IMG/VR virus record: IMGVR_UViG_3300012346_000561
Location: 78,358 to 142,357 of that record
Strand: one strand, 5' to 3'
DNA: 64,000 nucleotides
DNA from: a virus
Lineage: Duplodnaviria > Heunggongvirae > Uroviricota > Caudoviricetes
The first letter of the stretch is position 1. Every line of letters starts with the position of its first letter. Under the pieces are notes generated by a model. The model did no database searches and was not told the DNA's origin. It saw only the letters and a program-made list of their open reading frames with translations. A program made the position numbers and the translations under genes. Below, piece after piece: positions 9,201 through 18,982 of this stretch.

Positions 9201-10363
9201 TGAGTAGTTGTGCTACCATAGTTTGTGTATGGTTGTGTTGCATTTGATTTCGGCCATGAGTTACTTCCCGATTCGTAGTATAGGAATCTTTCGTAGTGGT
9301 CAAAATTATTTACCACTCCTAGTATTAAGTTTTCGAAATAACTAATACTTCCAGTTGTACCTGTTGATTGTGCTGTTGCTGATTGAATTGCTGTTAGATC
9401 GTCGTTATAACTTTCTATTAGTTGTAATTTGTATCTGAAATTTGCTAATCTCTCATATGCTGATGATAGGTGTACAAAGTTTGCGTAATCTGTATGATCA
9501 ATGCTTAGTTCAACTCCTTTTTCACTTACTAGTGAATGTAGTTGGCTTGTTGCATTGTTGATTGGATAGCTAAATAACTCATCGTAGTTTAAATATTGTG
9601 TTGGAACAATACTATCATCTACTACATCTATGTTAAAGTTTGCTGAGCGTAGATATCTTTTAGGTTCCTCTGTTTCTTGTATTTCTGTATCTACTTCAAA
9701 TGCTACAGAGTCTGCTACTACCTCAACAATTGATGTTGTTGATTTTAAATCGTACTTCTGTGGTAAAGGTTCATACAACTTAACAACAACAGTGCTACCT
9801 CCTGGTGTCTCTAATGTGTTTAGGTTGATACCTATCAGTAAATCGTTGTTCCCAAAATTTAACCTAAATTCACCTAGATATGGTTGGCTCGTTTGGTTTT
9901 GCAGAATACCTGCAGTAAATTCCAGTAGTTGCTCATCAGTGATTGATAAGTTCTGTAACTGTAGTTCGGTCCTATCAGGTGATATTGCTGAGATAAAGAA
10001 ACTAGTTGTTGTACCATCTTGTGTATATAGGTCATTCAGGAAGTGATATAATAATTTTACTCCTCCATTTGTATATCCATAAGTGTTGGTATCTTCTATT
10101 GGATCGATTGTTAGTACCGATGCTCCTGTCTTACCTGCAGATTGTGCGTTTCCTAGTAATTTATAGTTCTTATAATTAGGTACACTCTCTAGTATATCTC
10201 CTGTTAAATCTGTAATGTGAAGTTCACATATATGCTTGTTTGCATCAAATAGGTTATTTATTTGATACTCATTAATTAGATTCAAATCTGATTGTGAAAT
10301 ACTTTCAAAACCAGGTATGTTACTAGGATTATCTTGATTAACTATGTAAGTTATATTTGCCAT
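6215..10363 (-). CDS. large (1382 aa) tail/baseplate structural protein with C-terminal Hint (intein/BIL-like) domain
   Basis: single uninterrupted ORF; last 163 aa carry intein blocks A (CFTGDTLV), B (ATTEHPFW) and G (NGILVHN). Confidence 0.6.
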   Translation of the reverse strand: MANITYIVNQDNPSNIPGFESISQSDLNLINEYQINNLFDANKHICELHITDLTGDILESVPNYKNYKLLGNAQSAGKTGASVLTIDPIEDTNTYGYTNGGVKLLYHFLNDLYTQDGTTTSFFISAISPDRTELQLQNLSITDEQLLEFTAGILQNQTSQPYLGEFRLNFGNNDLLIGINLNTLETPGGSTVVVKLYEPLPQKYDLKSTTSIVEVVADSVAFEVDTEIQETEEPKRYLRSANFNIDVVDDSIVPTQYLNYDELFSYPINNATSQLHSLVSEKGVELSIDHTDYANFVHLSSAYERLANFRYKLQLIESYNDDLTAIQSATAQSTGTTGSISYFENLILGVVNNFDHYERFLYYESGSNSWPKSNATQPYTNYGSTTTQAINWYANQVSIATSYDVSNGSILVNTIPTYLRDDANNDNYLTFIHMVGQHFDNLWIYAKAVTDKYDADNRLTKGISKDLVAEALKNFGVKLYTTNNSIEGLFASFIGQGYDSGSEEISTYVTASVADTNLPADKLSFDTYNKEVYKRLYHNLPLLLKSKGTERGLRALINCFGIPADILTIKTYGGRSIDEVPFYGDYQYYTSSLSKVRIDNTGSIVAGDTLSQHTSIVKREYKYTDDLHLLEVGFSPTNDVDKYIISKSLSTPALATFNIDDYLGDPRNLYLDEYYSLNSQGETTSDLQQLLSTIMSGADSYNVKDYVRLIKFFDNIIFKMVKDFIPARSTVDTGIIVKPHILQRNKAKSVEVEAEELLHTGSIDTAFISASNAGAFVTTNPQSIAGDLNASYKQQVQIPSGLAVVDNHSHQQATFDGELQNSSITVSLKDLNSLNFFKSPTFATNTFVVNRWLTNSGVCILAPITTNQQQGVVYQAGAFYLDSGSWTASNLFSGLSPNMSYEITSSNEGTSSFLFPFETNNYDNYSMHYFTASNDSVVSQECTSSFVIQVAICDLDQNSTNFRTSIKAGESYNISQWFTIGPENDLANVQITIVNDSSPTPAIYDGNISGATAVTFTGNLGDTFTITIKDTAIPISCIFNYAISLGICNVVPRTIENLKLVRWTLETNLGTENNLLFSPISIYNYGLARYFEGVDPDTLSYRIEISEFDATPLIIPEINPGDTQVTGTFYPYFAGPDLYKYTYSYVPQPGISANLTGNTALFKIEANTPYVGTGDPVIVAENLFIKITALESSPDCEPSYTVKPTLVEIIDDFENIGVCCFTGDTLVTLADSTTIRIDAIKVGDRVLSYNEKTNEEIISEVLAITSPTKNDIVKYTLSDGTVVEATTEHPFWEVNKGWSSYSPTATEKDHAIEVSKLEKGDILLTQEGLQVEIVDMELDGNRAYEKVYNFKLKEHYTYYANGILVHNKEELNYQEQCIYGTP
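6263..6706 (-). other. Hint / intein-like autoprocessing domain (C-terminal 148 aa of the 1382-aa protein)
   Basis: Cys codon of CFTGD at 6704-6706, Asn of VHN at 6263-6265, followed by Lys (not Cys/Ser/Thr) and a 15-aa tail. Confidence 0.55.
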
Positions 10364-10698
10364 TATTTTATAGCTGTTTCTAAATCTAAAATTTGTTGAT
10401 TTGCTGATAGTAGTTGCTGTCTTAGTTGAGCTATCTCGTCAAGTAGAGGTTGGATCTCTTCTGTGTTTGTTTCGAAATTTAACAACTCAGAACTCTTTGT
10501 TACCAAATACTCATGTGAGTTTGTTTCCCCTTCAACATCAATTACTAGGTATAATTTTTCATATAATCGGAAAAGCTCTTCTACAGTGTCTAAATCCTCT
10601 TCTTGTATAGGCTGAGTAAACGTTGTGAAGGATCTGTCAACTACCTTGCCAAACTCCGTTGCATTGTATACTGTTTTTTGTATTTTGATATCACTCAT
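10363..10698 (-). CDS. coiled-coil protein (tail assembly?)
   Basis: 111 aa, heptad-rich, stop overlaps start of next gene. Confidence 0.4.
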   Translation of the reverse strand: MSDIKIQKTVYNATEFGKVVDRSFTTFTQPIQEEDLDTVEELFRLYEKLYLVIDVEGETNSHEYLVTKSSELLNFETNTEEIQPLLDEIAQLRQQLLSANQQILDLETAIK

Positions 10699-10700
10699 CG

Positions 10701-11816
10701 TTATCCGTTTCTAACTACTTTAAAAACATTTGCATCATCAACTACAACTGTACTTCCTTGTAAAGTACTTTTTATTAAAATACGATAATATCTTTCTGGT
10801 TGCAACCCGTCCATGTAAACATCGAAGAAAGGTCCTGTTGGATCACAACTAATCTTAGTATGTTTGCTATCAAAATCTACTACCATTTCTTCTGTGTACT
10901 CATCTTTAATTGCCCAATACGATGCTGATGGTAGTGCGTAGTTTGTTAGGTATACTGAAGATGTTGAGAATGTTCTTGTTGGGTATTTTGGTTTTGCTGC
11001 TAATCTAAATCTCTGTGTTCCTTGATCTATGTACTTTCCTTTGTTATTCAAAACTTTTACAGTACAAGTATCCTCTGCTAGTATACTCAAGCTTCCTGTT
11101 TGGTATACAGAATCATCCCACTTAAATTCTAAATGTGGTGGATATATTGTATTTGTATCTACGCCAAAGTATTTTAATCTAATTGACGATGTAGTATCAA
11201 ACTCAAGATCTGTTGGTAGTTTAAGTATAAACCCCTCATTTACTATTGTATCAGAGTTAAACAACTGCACTGCACGTGTTACATCTATGTTTAAATCTAA
11301 GTTTGATTGTTGTGAGTAGCTTTGTGAAAATGCCAAGTTAGTTGCTCCTGATGCTGTATACCAGTTTCCTCCTCCTACATTGCCTACTGGATATGATCCT
11401 GTTACGTAGGTTGGGAATGTTACAGTAGTCCAAGGGTTTGCTTCTCCTGCTTGTCTGTTTCTCCAACTTACTCCTGTTTTATTCGCAGGAAGATCTCCAT
11501 ATTTTCCAGTTCCATTATCCCAACCAGTTTGTGTGTAGATTGGATATGCTTGAATTGAAAAATCTATAGGAATCTCATAAGCATCTGCTAAGTACATCTT
11601 TAAACTTGCTGTATAAGGCAGTGCTGCAATCTTCTGTGAGATTACTTGTTTTATTTCATCAGTACTGTACTTTACAAGTACTCTACTAGTTTGACCTGTA
11701 CCTGATAAATCTGGGTATGATGCTATTTCCAGTACTTCGTCCTTACCTGCATTTGCAAGAGGTACATCACTGAAAATAAATGTGTCTTTTTGTGGAAATA
11801 GTTTATATACTGCCAT
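10701..11816 (-). CDS. baseplate/tail protein (hypothetical)
   Basis: 371 aa ORF immediately downstream of J-like gene. Confidence 0.4.
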   Translation of the reverse strand: MAVYKLFPQKDTFIFSDVPLANAGKDEVLEIASYPDLSGTGQTSRVLVKYSTDEIKQVISQKIAALPYTASLKMYLADAYEIPIDFSIQAYPIYTQTGWDNGTGKYGDLPANKTGVSWRNRQAGEANPWTTVTFPTYVTGSYPVGNVGGGNWYTASGATNLAFSQSYSQQSNLDLNIDVTRAVQLFNSDTIVNEGFILKLPTDLEFDTTSSIRLKYFGVDTNTIYPPHLEFKWDDSVYQTGSLSILAEDTCTVKVLNNKGKYIDQGTQRFRLAAKPKYPTRTFSTSSVYLTNYALPSASYWAIKDEYTEEMVVDFDSKHTKISCDPTGPFFDVYMDGLQPERYYRILIKSTLQGSTVVVDDANVFKVVRNG

Positions 11817-11817
11817 A

Positions 11818-13632
11818 TTATAGTGTTGTTATTCTTCCTTTAATATCTGTTGTTGGAAATTTTACTTCAAAGATCATAGGGTCATAAGAAGGGTATACTA
11901 TGTTGCTTCTTGTAGCTCCTTTTACATCATAACCATACTCCGAATAAGTACCTCCTTGTAGGTTTACTACTTCTACTTTTTGAACTGTTTGTACTCCTTG
12001 TACTTGATCAAGTAGAGTGTATAACACTGACAAGTCTATAGGTTGGTTTATGTTCCATTTACGTATATCAAAATGTGCTCTAAGAGCTTCTGTACACTGT
12101 AATAGTACATCTCTTCCCATGTAATTTGGTCTAACAACTATATCAAAATTGATACCCACATTAACAACAAAAGCATCTTTAATATTTACTGCATCAGTAA
12201 GCATCATATAGTGGGCTAGATAATTTTTTAAATTATTTTTAAGTCCTTGTGTTGCTGTTTTTAGGTTTCTACTGTTATCGTAAGCTAGTGTATAAAGCGA
12301 TAATGATAGTGGATTACTGTCTATAATCGAATCTGTACTAGAGTTTGGATTAGTTAACTGGTCTTGTGTTATATAAACTTTTCCTATAGATCCATATTTC
12401 GAAGGTAATGAAAGTGCTCTTACTGTATAATCTTGTAGAGTTACTGCTCTTCCTTGTTCGTTAAATGCTCTAAGTGAGTTCTGTCTGATCTCTTCAACAG
12501 TATCTCCATCTCTACCTCCAGTTGCTGCTTGTGGATTTGTAAAAGCTAATCCTGTTCCTGTACCTGAAGTTGATACTGCTAGTTTGTTTATTATTGTGTT
12601 TGCCGGTACATTTGCTGAGATTCCTCCTCCTACTAGGTACTTTATCTGTATGGTTCCTAATGGTGCTTGTCCATATGCTTGTGAATACATAAAGTTTGAT
12701 GGATCATAGGCATGATCTATTCTTGAAACTCCTTGCGATGTTCCGATCCCTACGTTGGTTGGGTCTGGTGTTAGTACGTCATCGTCCTGTCCTGTAATAC
12801 CTGCTCCAAATTGTATTTGTAGTTGTCCTGTTGAGGTAAATCGAGTAGTAAACCTTCTTGGCACTCTCTGTAGATTCAACATGTATTTTACTTGATTTGA
12901 ATCGCTAGGATCTGTATTTGTTGTGTCTACGAATATTGTATCCTGCCCTAAGAATGGAACCTCATACCAAGTGTTTCCTGCTCCACTATTGTCAATTACA
13001 GATAGTACTCCAATTATATTAGAATCCTCTATTGTAATTGTTTTGTATTTTTCTACAGTTGGAATACTTTGTGTTACTGTCTTTACTTCTCCTGAAAATG
13101 CTTTTACTCTTTTTATTAATCTAAATTGAGCTGGCTCTCCGTTGATATCTAAGCTGTCTACTACTACATCGGTTGGATCGTAGGAACTTGAAAAAGAAAA
13201 ATCAATAGGTTTGTCTATGTAGAATTTTGCTTGTCCCGTAGCATTTGCTCCTACCTGTGCTCCTGCTGTTATTTGCAGTGTTTGACTCCAGTCAGGTAAT
13301 CCTGCTAATGTAGCATCAACCAGGTGTGATACTTCAAGTTCAACCTCAGCTACGGTAGTTGTTTTAGGTCTATAACCCATCATATATGCCAAGTTGTATA
13401 GGTTTGCAGGATTCTTTGCATACTGTATATACGTTTCCTGTAGTTGCATATCTTGGTAGAAAGATAATACATCTCCCACATACGCAGCCATTTCCATAAA
13501 CATCATACCTGGTGATGTTGGAGTGAAGTCGTTGTAGGTGTTTGGGAAGTAGTTTTTAGTGTACTCTATTAACTGTGTTCTAAAATCTGTGAAGTCCCTG
13601 TTTATGTACTTTATTTCTCTATCTTGGGCCAT
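11818..13632 (-). CDS. baseplate wedge protein, gp6 / GpJ-like
   Basis: 604 aa; immediately follows gp25/W-like gene with ATGA overlap, the conserved W-J order of myovirus baseplates. Confidence 0.45.
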   Translation of the reverse strand: MAQDREIKYINRDFTDFRTQLIEYTKNYFPNTYNDFTPTSPGMMFMEMAAYVGDVLSFYQDMQLQETYIQYAKNPANLYNLAYMMGYRPKTTTVAEVELEVSHLVDATLAGLPDWSQTLQITAGAQVGANATGQAKFYIDKPIDFSFSSSYDPTDVVVDSLDINGEPAQFRLIKRVKAFSGEVKTVTQSIPTVEKYKTITIEDSNIIGVLSVIDNSGAGNTWYEVPFLGQDTIFVDTTNTDPSDSNQVKYMLNLQRVPRRFTTRFTSTGQLQIQFGAGITGQDDDVLTPDPTNVGIGTSQGVSRIDHAYDPSNFMYSQAYGQAPLGTIQIKYLVGGGISANVPANTIINKLAVSTSGTGTGLAFTNPQAATGGRDGDTVEEIRQNSLRAFNEQGRAVTLQDYTVRALSLPSKYGSIGKVYITQDQLTNPNSSTDSIIDSNPLSLSLYTLAYDNSRNLKTATQGLKNNLKNYLAHYMMLTDAVNIKDAFVVNVGINFDIVVRPNYMGRDVLLQCTEALRAHFDIRKWNINQPIDLSVLYTLLDQVQGVQTVQKVEVVNLQGGTYSEYGYDVKGATRSNIVYPSYDPMIFEVKFPTTDIKGRITTL

Positions 13633-14042
13633 TATTGTTCAAAATTTATTAGCAATTCATCTTGTATATTTGTATTAAGTATACTATATCGTAAGAAAAT
13701 TGTATAGGTGTTAGTATCTGGTGATGCTTGTGTTTTTATTTCTAGTACTTGTACATTTTGAAACCAGGTTGATAATCCTGAACGAATTACTGCTTGTACT
13801 TGCTCTGTAACATCTTGTGTCATTTGATCAAACAATAGTGCTCTCAGTCCTATTCCGAAATTTGGATTCATAAACCTTTCTGATCTACCTGTTAGCAAAA
13901 AGTTTATTAAATTTGCTTTTATTGCTTCTTGGGTTGTGTAGGTCGTATTAAATACTTGATCTGAAGAGAAGGGTAATCCTACTCCCACTCCTACACTTGG
14001 TTGTAGATCTAAAGGGTTTATTTGTTGAATGTCAAATGCCAT
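13632..14042 (-). CDS. baseplate wedge protein gp25 / GpW family
   Basis: 136 aa; motif GRSERFMNPNFGIGLRALLFDQ matches gp25 E-R-x-x-N-P-x-F-G...LLFE signature. Confidence 0.7.
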   Translation of the reverse strand: MAFDIQQINPLDLQPSVGVGVGLPFSSDQVFNTTYTTQEAIKANLINFLLTGRSERFMNPNFGIGLRALLFDQMTQDVTEQVQAVIRSGLSTWFQNVQVLEIKTQASPDTNTYTIFLRYSILNTNIQDELLINFEQ

Positions 14043-14473
14043 TATGCTCCGAATCTTGCTTTATCTTTTTCTACTGATGCTTTGTAAACTGCTCCTGCAT
14101 TTTTAACGAAGCTTAAGGTACTTAGGTCTAGTCCTGGTTGAGGTCCTGGTCGAAAGCTTTCTATAGGATTCATTCCCATACCCGGTGCTTGCACCATATC
14201 AGAAGTTGCACTCATAAGATCTCTATACGATTCCTGAGTCATTGAAGCTCTTGTTTCGTTTAAGATATCCATAATTGGATCTCCTGTTCTAGGCTTAGCT
14301 ACGTGTGGTTTAAACTCTTCGTACTTTGTAATATGGTTTACCACACCTTTTCCACCAACTCCTACGTCCACTGGTCTAGGTTTTACGTCTTCAGAAAGAA
14401 TTATCTCCAACTCTTCTCGAACTGCCTCTTTTACTGCTTCTTTTATTAATTTTTTAAAAACATCTAACTTCAT
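14042..14473 (-). CDS. hypothetical baseplate-associated protein
   Basis: 143 aa ORF, overlapping start/stop with neighbours. Confidence 0.4.
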   Translation of the reverse strand: MKLDVFKKLIKEAVKEAVREELEIILSEDVKPRPVDVGVGGKGVVNHITKYEEFKPHVAKPRTGDPIMDILNETRASMTQESYRDLMSATSDMVQAPGMGMNPIESFRPGPQPGLDLSTLSFVKNAGAVYKASVEKDKARFGA

Positions 14474-14490
14474 ATTAATAAATAGTTATG

Positions 14491-15474
14491 TTATGGTAAT
14501 TGATTATCTATTCTAAATTTGATTTCATCTAATAATACATCTGTTGATGAGCTGAAGGATGGTTGTCCTTTCAGCATTACAATACCTCTCTTATCCCTTG
14601 CTACTGCATATCTTCTCGGTGCAATTTTTGGTGAATTTGGATCTTGTATGATTTCCAACTTATACCCTTTATATCCAAATCTAGGATCTGCTTCGCCTCC
14701 TGTACTGTTAGAAGAGCTTCCTATTGGTTGTGATGTATTAAGTAAATCTTGTAGCTCTTGAGAAGAATTGTTTGCTAAACATCCTTCAATTGCTAGATCT
14801 ATTGATTGTAATTTTAATTTTAAATTAGTAAGTACTGGTGATATTCTGTTTACTGTTGATGTTATTGCTGCTGCCTCATTTGCAAACTGATCTAGTTGCT
14901 TATTTAACTTAACAAGCCTATCACTATACTTAGTTAATACATTTACAGGAATACCTAATCCTCCTGCTTGAGGAGGTATAATTGCTGTAGGAATAGGGAT
15001 TTGTTTTATAATTTGAATTGCAAGCTGCAGTGTTGTTACAATTGTATTAAGTTGGTTGGCCGTAGCTGCAAATTTTGAAACTCTGCTTTCTACTGCTGTA
15101 ATTTGCTTAAGTAGGTTGTTTCGTAACTGCATTATCCTTTGCATTTCCTTTACATTAGGACACTCGTTTACAAATTTATTTAAAGCTTCAAACGCTCTCT
15201 GTTGTACATATGCTATAAGTTTTCCCCTCATAGCACCTACCTGACTTGCTACTACTGCTGCTAATCCTCCTCTTACTCCTCCTGCTTTATAAGCATTCTT
15301 TATTTTCTCAAAATCTTTTTTTAGCTTGTCGGCTTTCTTTTTAGCATCTTCAGCCTTTTTCTTGGCTGCAGCTATCCTATCATTGAGTTTTTTAGCATCT
15401 TCTTGTGCTTTTTTAGCTGCTGCTACTGCTTTATCTGCACTTTGTTGTGCACTGCTTGCTCCTTGTGTTGCCAT
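14491..15474 (-). CDS. Ala/Lys-rich coiled-coil protein (tail assembly/scaffold?)
   Basis: 327 aa; AAKKAQEDAKKLNDRIAAAKKKAEDAKKKADKLKK N-terminal coiled coil. Confidence 0.4.
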   Translation of the reverse strand: MATQGASSAQQSADKAVAAAKKAQEDAKKLNDRIAAAKKKAEDAKKKADKLKKDFEKIKNAYKAGGVRGGLAAVVASQVGAMRGKLIAYVQQRAFEALNKFVNECPNVKEMQRIMQLRNNLLKQITAVESRVSKFAATANQLNTIVTTLQLAIQIIKQIPIPTAIIPPQAGGLGIPVNVLTKYSDRLVKLNKQLDQFANEAAAITSTVNRISPVLTNLKLKLQSIDLAIEGCLANNSSQELQDLLNTSQPIGSSSNSTGGEADPRFGYKGYKLEIIQDPNSPKIAPRRYAVARDKRGIVMLKGQPSFSSSTDVLLDEIKFRIDNQLP

Positions 15475-16610
15475 TATTCTACGTACACTTTATTTGATAA
15501 AATAGAGTTAAGATTGGATCTTAGAACTGTTATAGATGCTCTAAATGCTGCTCCCTCTTCTATTAATGATGTTACAGGTCCTCCACTTACTGCTGATGCT
15601 TGTACCATTGCATCACTTACACTTTGTAGTGCATCTAGTAATTCATGTGCCCAGTTTTGCATTACCAACCCCTTTATTACAGGTTGTTTAGCCGTTGCTG
15701 GTGATGTTCTAGCCTTCTCTCCTAACAGAATTGTTTTTCCATCGATACACACATAATCGGTAGCATCAAAGTTTAAAGTTTTTGCATTCATTCCTATTGA
15801 ATCTTTTGCAGAAACTAAAATACTATCCTCTTTTGCGTTAATAACCACTCTTCCTGCATTAAGTACTACCTGGTTTCCTACATACTTATTAGGCTCTACT
15901 GGCGGAGCATCATAACTACGTCTTTTTGTATTTGCAGGTGTTAAGTTTACAATGTGGTCTGATACAAAGTATAGTGAGTTTGCATCCTTGTCTATATCTT
16001 CATATAGTAGGTCTATTCCATTATCCGTCTCTATTTGCCCATTACTAATTAAGATATAAGGTGAAACTCCACTGCTTTGTGCAGCAGGGTTTGTTCCATA
16101 CCCTCCTAAACGAATAGTCTGACCCAATCTACCTTCTAGTACCGAGTCTCCAGGGTTGCAAGCTAACGCATTTATTGTGCTAGAACCTTCCTGTCCTCCT
16201 AATAGATTTGCTTCCCAGTCTTGCTGTTTTGTATCAGGAAGAGCAGAGTGGTGAGGGTGATTCCAAATATTTACTATACTATTCCAGTAAGTTCTTTGAG
16301 TTCCTGGCTTAGTTAAACTCTCTGCTGAAGGTGCTTTTATTAATGTTACAATTTCTCCTGGTAGAGGTATTTTACTAAACCCTGTAAGGTTTGCATAAGC
16401 AAAGTTTAGGGTATTTGCAATCGATTCATCACCTGGTAGCTTTATATCTCTATAAAATACTCCATTGATCATCAGAGGATTCTCACAGTCGGGATCGCTA
16501 AGTGATGTTATAACTTTAGCTACTCTCCCTACTCTGGTTTTACCTCCTCCACCTCCTCGGCTCGATCCTCCCTTACCTGGTTTTCCTGTATAGAAATTGT
16601 GGTTTAACAT
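15474..16610 (-). CDS. putative baseplate hub/spike protein
   Basis: 378 aa; Gly-rich N-terminus, beta-rich C-terminal half; position upstream of W/J genes. Confidence 0.35.
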   Translation of the reverse strand: MLNHNFYTGKPGKGGSSRGGGGGKTRVGRVAKVITSLSDPDCENPLMINGVFYRDIKLPGDESIANTLNFAYANLTGFSKIPLPGEIVTLIKAPSAESLTKPGTQRTYWNSIVNIWNHPHHSALPDTKQQDWEANLLGGQEGSSTINALACNPGDSVLEGRLGQTIRLGGYGTNPAAQSSGVSPYILISNGQIETDNGIDLLYEDIDKDANSLYFVSDHIVNLTPANTKRRSYDAPPVEPNKYVGNQVVLNAGRVVINAKEDSILVSAKDSIGMNAKTLNFDATDYVCIDGKTILLGEKARTSPATAKQPVIKGLVMQNWAHELLDALQSVSDAMVQASAVSGGPVTSLIEEGAAFRASITVLRSNLNSILSNKVYVE

Positions 16611-16957
16611 TACTCTTCTTCTTTTTTAATGTCTTTTCCTAATTCTGCACTTTGCTCCATTAGTTTAGCAAGTTCTTCTGGATCAAAGAAGTCGGATGCA
16701 TCTTTTGCTCCTCCTGATTCTAATCTTTGTACCAGTGCTACCATTTTAATAAGGTGCTCATCATTCTTTACTCCTACCTCTAAATACTCTTTAATCATAG
16801 GTACTACTAACGTTGCATCTCCTATGTTTTCTACAAGAGGTTTTAGTTCTCCTATAAGGGCATTGATTTGCTTCTCCTTATTTTTAGAGTTATCGTAAAT
16901 TTCCTTTAAAACATCGGAAACTGTCTTTTTTCCAAAAATTGTTGTATCTAATCCCAT
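16610..16957 (-). CDS. hypothetical protein
   Basis: 115 aa acidic ORF. Confidence 0.4.
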   Translation of the reverse strand: MGLDTTIFGKKTVSDVLKEIYDNSKNKEKQINALIGELKPLVENIGDATLVVPMIKEYLEVGVKNDEHLIKMVALVQRLESGGAKDASDFFDPEELAKLMEQSAELGKDIKKEEE

Positions 16958-16987
16958 GCTATATTTATTTTATAAATATCTAAGGTA

Positions 16988-17713
16988 TTAATATTGTACA
17001 TTGTACCCTGCTTGTTGATACTTATCGTACACTGCATAAAACTCATCCTTAAGCCTACTTACCACCTTTGTTAGTGTAGGAGTTTCACAATCTGTCATCT
17101 CTCTTATATAGATGTATAGAGCTTTCTTTTTAAAAATTCCTAGATCATGTCTAGTTTTAAACAAAGTAAGTACTGCGTCTGCTACCTCTAGCTCTTGTTG
17201 CTTAGAAAACATTGTATCAAGCTTCTCATAGCAATCTTCAACAAAATGCTCAACTACAGTTGATATTGTTGCTGTTCTGGTGCTAGTATCTGATAGTTCT
17301 GGTTCGTAACTTTCCTCTACATCGCTAAAACTTCCTACTTGTTTTAATTTTTTGTAGTTCTTATTGTTGTAGTTAATAAGCCACCTCTTTACTATTGTCT
17401 GGAAGTATGAAAAGGCTTTTGCTCCATTTGTGGGATCAAATCTGTGTAGTTTTTCCTCTACTAACATGCATACTACATCTAGTTTTAAATCTTCTACTGA
17501 TTCAGTATCCATGTAGTAAAACTTAAACGTATGTATTATGTTTTCTGAAAGTTTGTATAAAGCGTGATAGATTTTTGCTTTAAATATACGATCTCTGAAC
17601 ACAGGATCAGAGGAAGCGTTGTATAGTACAATTGCATCCTCTGTTTCTTGTGTAAAATAATAATTGTCTTTATTCTTTGGTTTTGCCATAATCTTCTGGG
17701 AGACGGTAGGCAT
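16988..17713 (-). CDS. phage-encoded RNA polymerase sigma factor (sigma-70 region 2/4-like)
   Basis: AFSYFQTIVKRWLINY resembles sigma region 2.2; C-terminal HTH-like LTKVVSRLKDEF; 241 aa. Confidence 0.5.
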   Translation of the reverse strand: MPTVSQKIMAKPKNKDNYYFTQETEDAIVLYNASSDPVFRDRIFKAKIYHALYKLSENIIHTFKFYYMDTESVEDLKLDVVCMLVEEKLHRFDPTNGAKAFSYFQTIVKRWLINYNNKNYKKLKQVGSFSDVEESYEPELSDTSTRTATISTVVEHFVEDCYEKLDTMFSKQQELEVADAVLTLFKTRHDLGIFKKKALYIYIREMTDCETPTLTKVVSRLKDEFYAVYDKYQQAGYNVQY

Positions 17714-17963
17714 TTATAGTTTCTTGTATTTCTTTCATAAAATTAAAAAACTCTCCGACTTCATCGTCAGATCGAAACGTGCCTTTCTCGTCTAATTGTT
17801 CAACATAAATTTTTGATTCATTAATAAGATACGCAACATTTCTTAAGTATGCTACTTGGGATTCAATGATGTCCTCCTGCCTAGCTACTTTCCTATGCAA
17901 GTTCCAGGTTGTATATCCTAGAAGCAATGCAAGTATTATTACTATAATTAAAATTATTTCCAT
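17670..17963 (-). CDS. small membrane protein
   Basis: 97 aa; N-terminal TM MEIILIIVIILALLLGY. Confidence 0.35.
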   Translation of the reverse strand: MEIILIIVIILALLLGYTTWNLHRKVARQEDIIESQVAYLRNVAYLINESKIYVEQLDEKGTFRSDDEVGEFFNFMKEIQETINAYRLPEDYGKTKE

Positions 17964-17964
17964 T

Positions 17965-18702
17965 TTAAATGTTTTTTACTAAACTCATTAATCCTGCTGA
18001 GGCATTAACTGTTTTACCTGTAGAAGACTTTGTTTTTTCTACTTTAGGTTCCTGAACTTGTCCTGTAGCTTTCCAGGCATCATATTCAATCTTAGATGCT
18101 AAGAAATCTGCCTGATGTAAAATGTATACTATATTAGTTCTTAATTTAGAATCTGGATTGAATGAAATGTAGTAAGGTTTATTTACGTCATCATATAATC
18201 CATCATGTAATTTAATTGCTAAGAATTCATTCTCTGAAACTGGTATTTGATTTTGCTGAAGTGTAAATAGAGAACGGTCCTGTATCAGCATAAAGGACAA
18301 ATCCCTATTATGTGTATAAACTTCTCCTAACTTATCTTGTCTCCATTTATCAGTTTGAGGAAGGTAGTAAGGTTGATCACCTGCTCCTATTTTCCCTAAG
18401 TCGTGATTAAGGGCAGCAAACACCAATTCTTCATCAGTAAAATCAATAGTAGATCCCATCTCTTCCCACAATGCTTTAGTTTTCAAAGCACAATGTACTA
18501 CACGATTAACATGGTCGACATACCCTCCAGGAAATGCATTATGGTAGGAAGGTTTACCGGAAGCAGGAGCCATAACCATAGTATCAGCAAGGCTAACATA
18601 AAGAGCTTTTAGTTTCTCTTTACGTTCTCCTGTTATAAAAGTATCTACAATTTTGAGATGCTTATCCCAATTTTTTTGTATTTGCTCTGCTGTTAAATTC
18701 AT
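17965..18702 (-). CDS. HD-domain phosphohydrolase
   Basis: H..HD motif (ALNHDLGKIGAGD) and downstream KLHDGLYDD; 245 aa. Confidence 0.6.
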   Translation of the reverse strand: MNLTAEQIQKNWDKHLKIVDTFITGERKEKLKALYVSLADTMVMAPASGKPSYHNAFPGGYVDHVNRVVHCALKTKALWEEMGSTIDFTDEELVFAALNHDLGKIGAGDQPYYLPQTDKWRQDKLGEVYTHNRDLSFMLIQDRSLFTLQQNQIPVSENEFLAIKLHDGLYDDVNKPYYISFNPDSKLRTNIVYILHQADFLASKIEYDAWKATGQVQEPKVEKTKSSTGKTVNASAGLMSLVKNI

Positions 18703-18875
18703 TAGTCTTGGCTTTCGGTATTAAGTAAGGTTCTAAGATCACCTATTTTCTCTAACAATTCTTCCACTTTAGTATACGCTTCGTCTCTTTCATTTTTATG
18801 AATATGGTACCCCATTTTCTTAACTTCGGACTCAAAACGTTCTAACTTTACTACAAATAAATCTTTGTTTCTCAT
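18702..18875 (-). CDS. small hypothetical protein (57 aa, not in ORF track)
   Basis: ATG at 18873-18875; stop TAA overlaps ATG of HD gene (TAATG). Confidence 0.3.
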   Translation of the reverse strand: MRNKDLFVVKLERFESEVKKMGYHIHKNERDEAYTKVEELLEKIGDLRTLLNTESQD

Positions 18876-18982
18876 TTTTTTATTTTTATTAATTATTATT
18901 TTTATATTTCTTTTATCTTTATTTCTTTTTTATAAAAGGTTATAGGAAGAAGTTACCACTTTTTTTTTAAAGAAACAACAGT

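Noticed and set aside
14491-15474. Tape-measure protein call for the Ala/Lys-rich coiled-coil ORF
   Set aside because: Only 327 aa, far too short for a myovirus tape measure; left as assembly/scaffold-like hypothetical.
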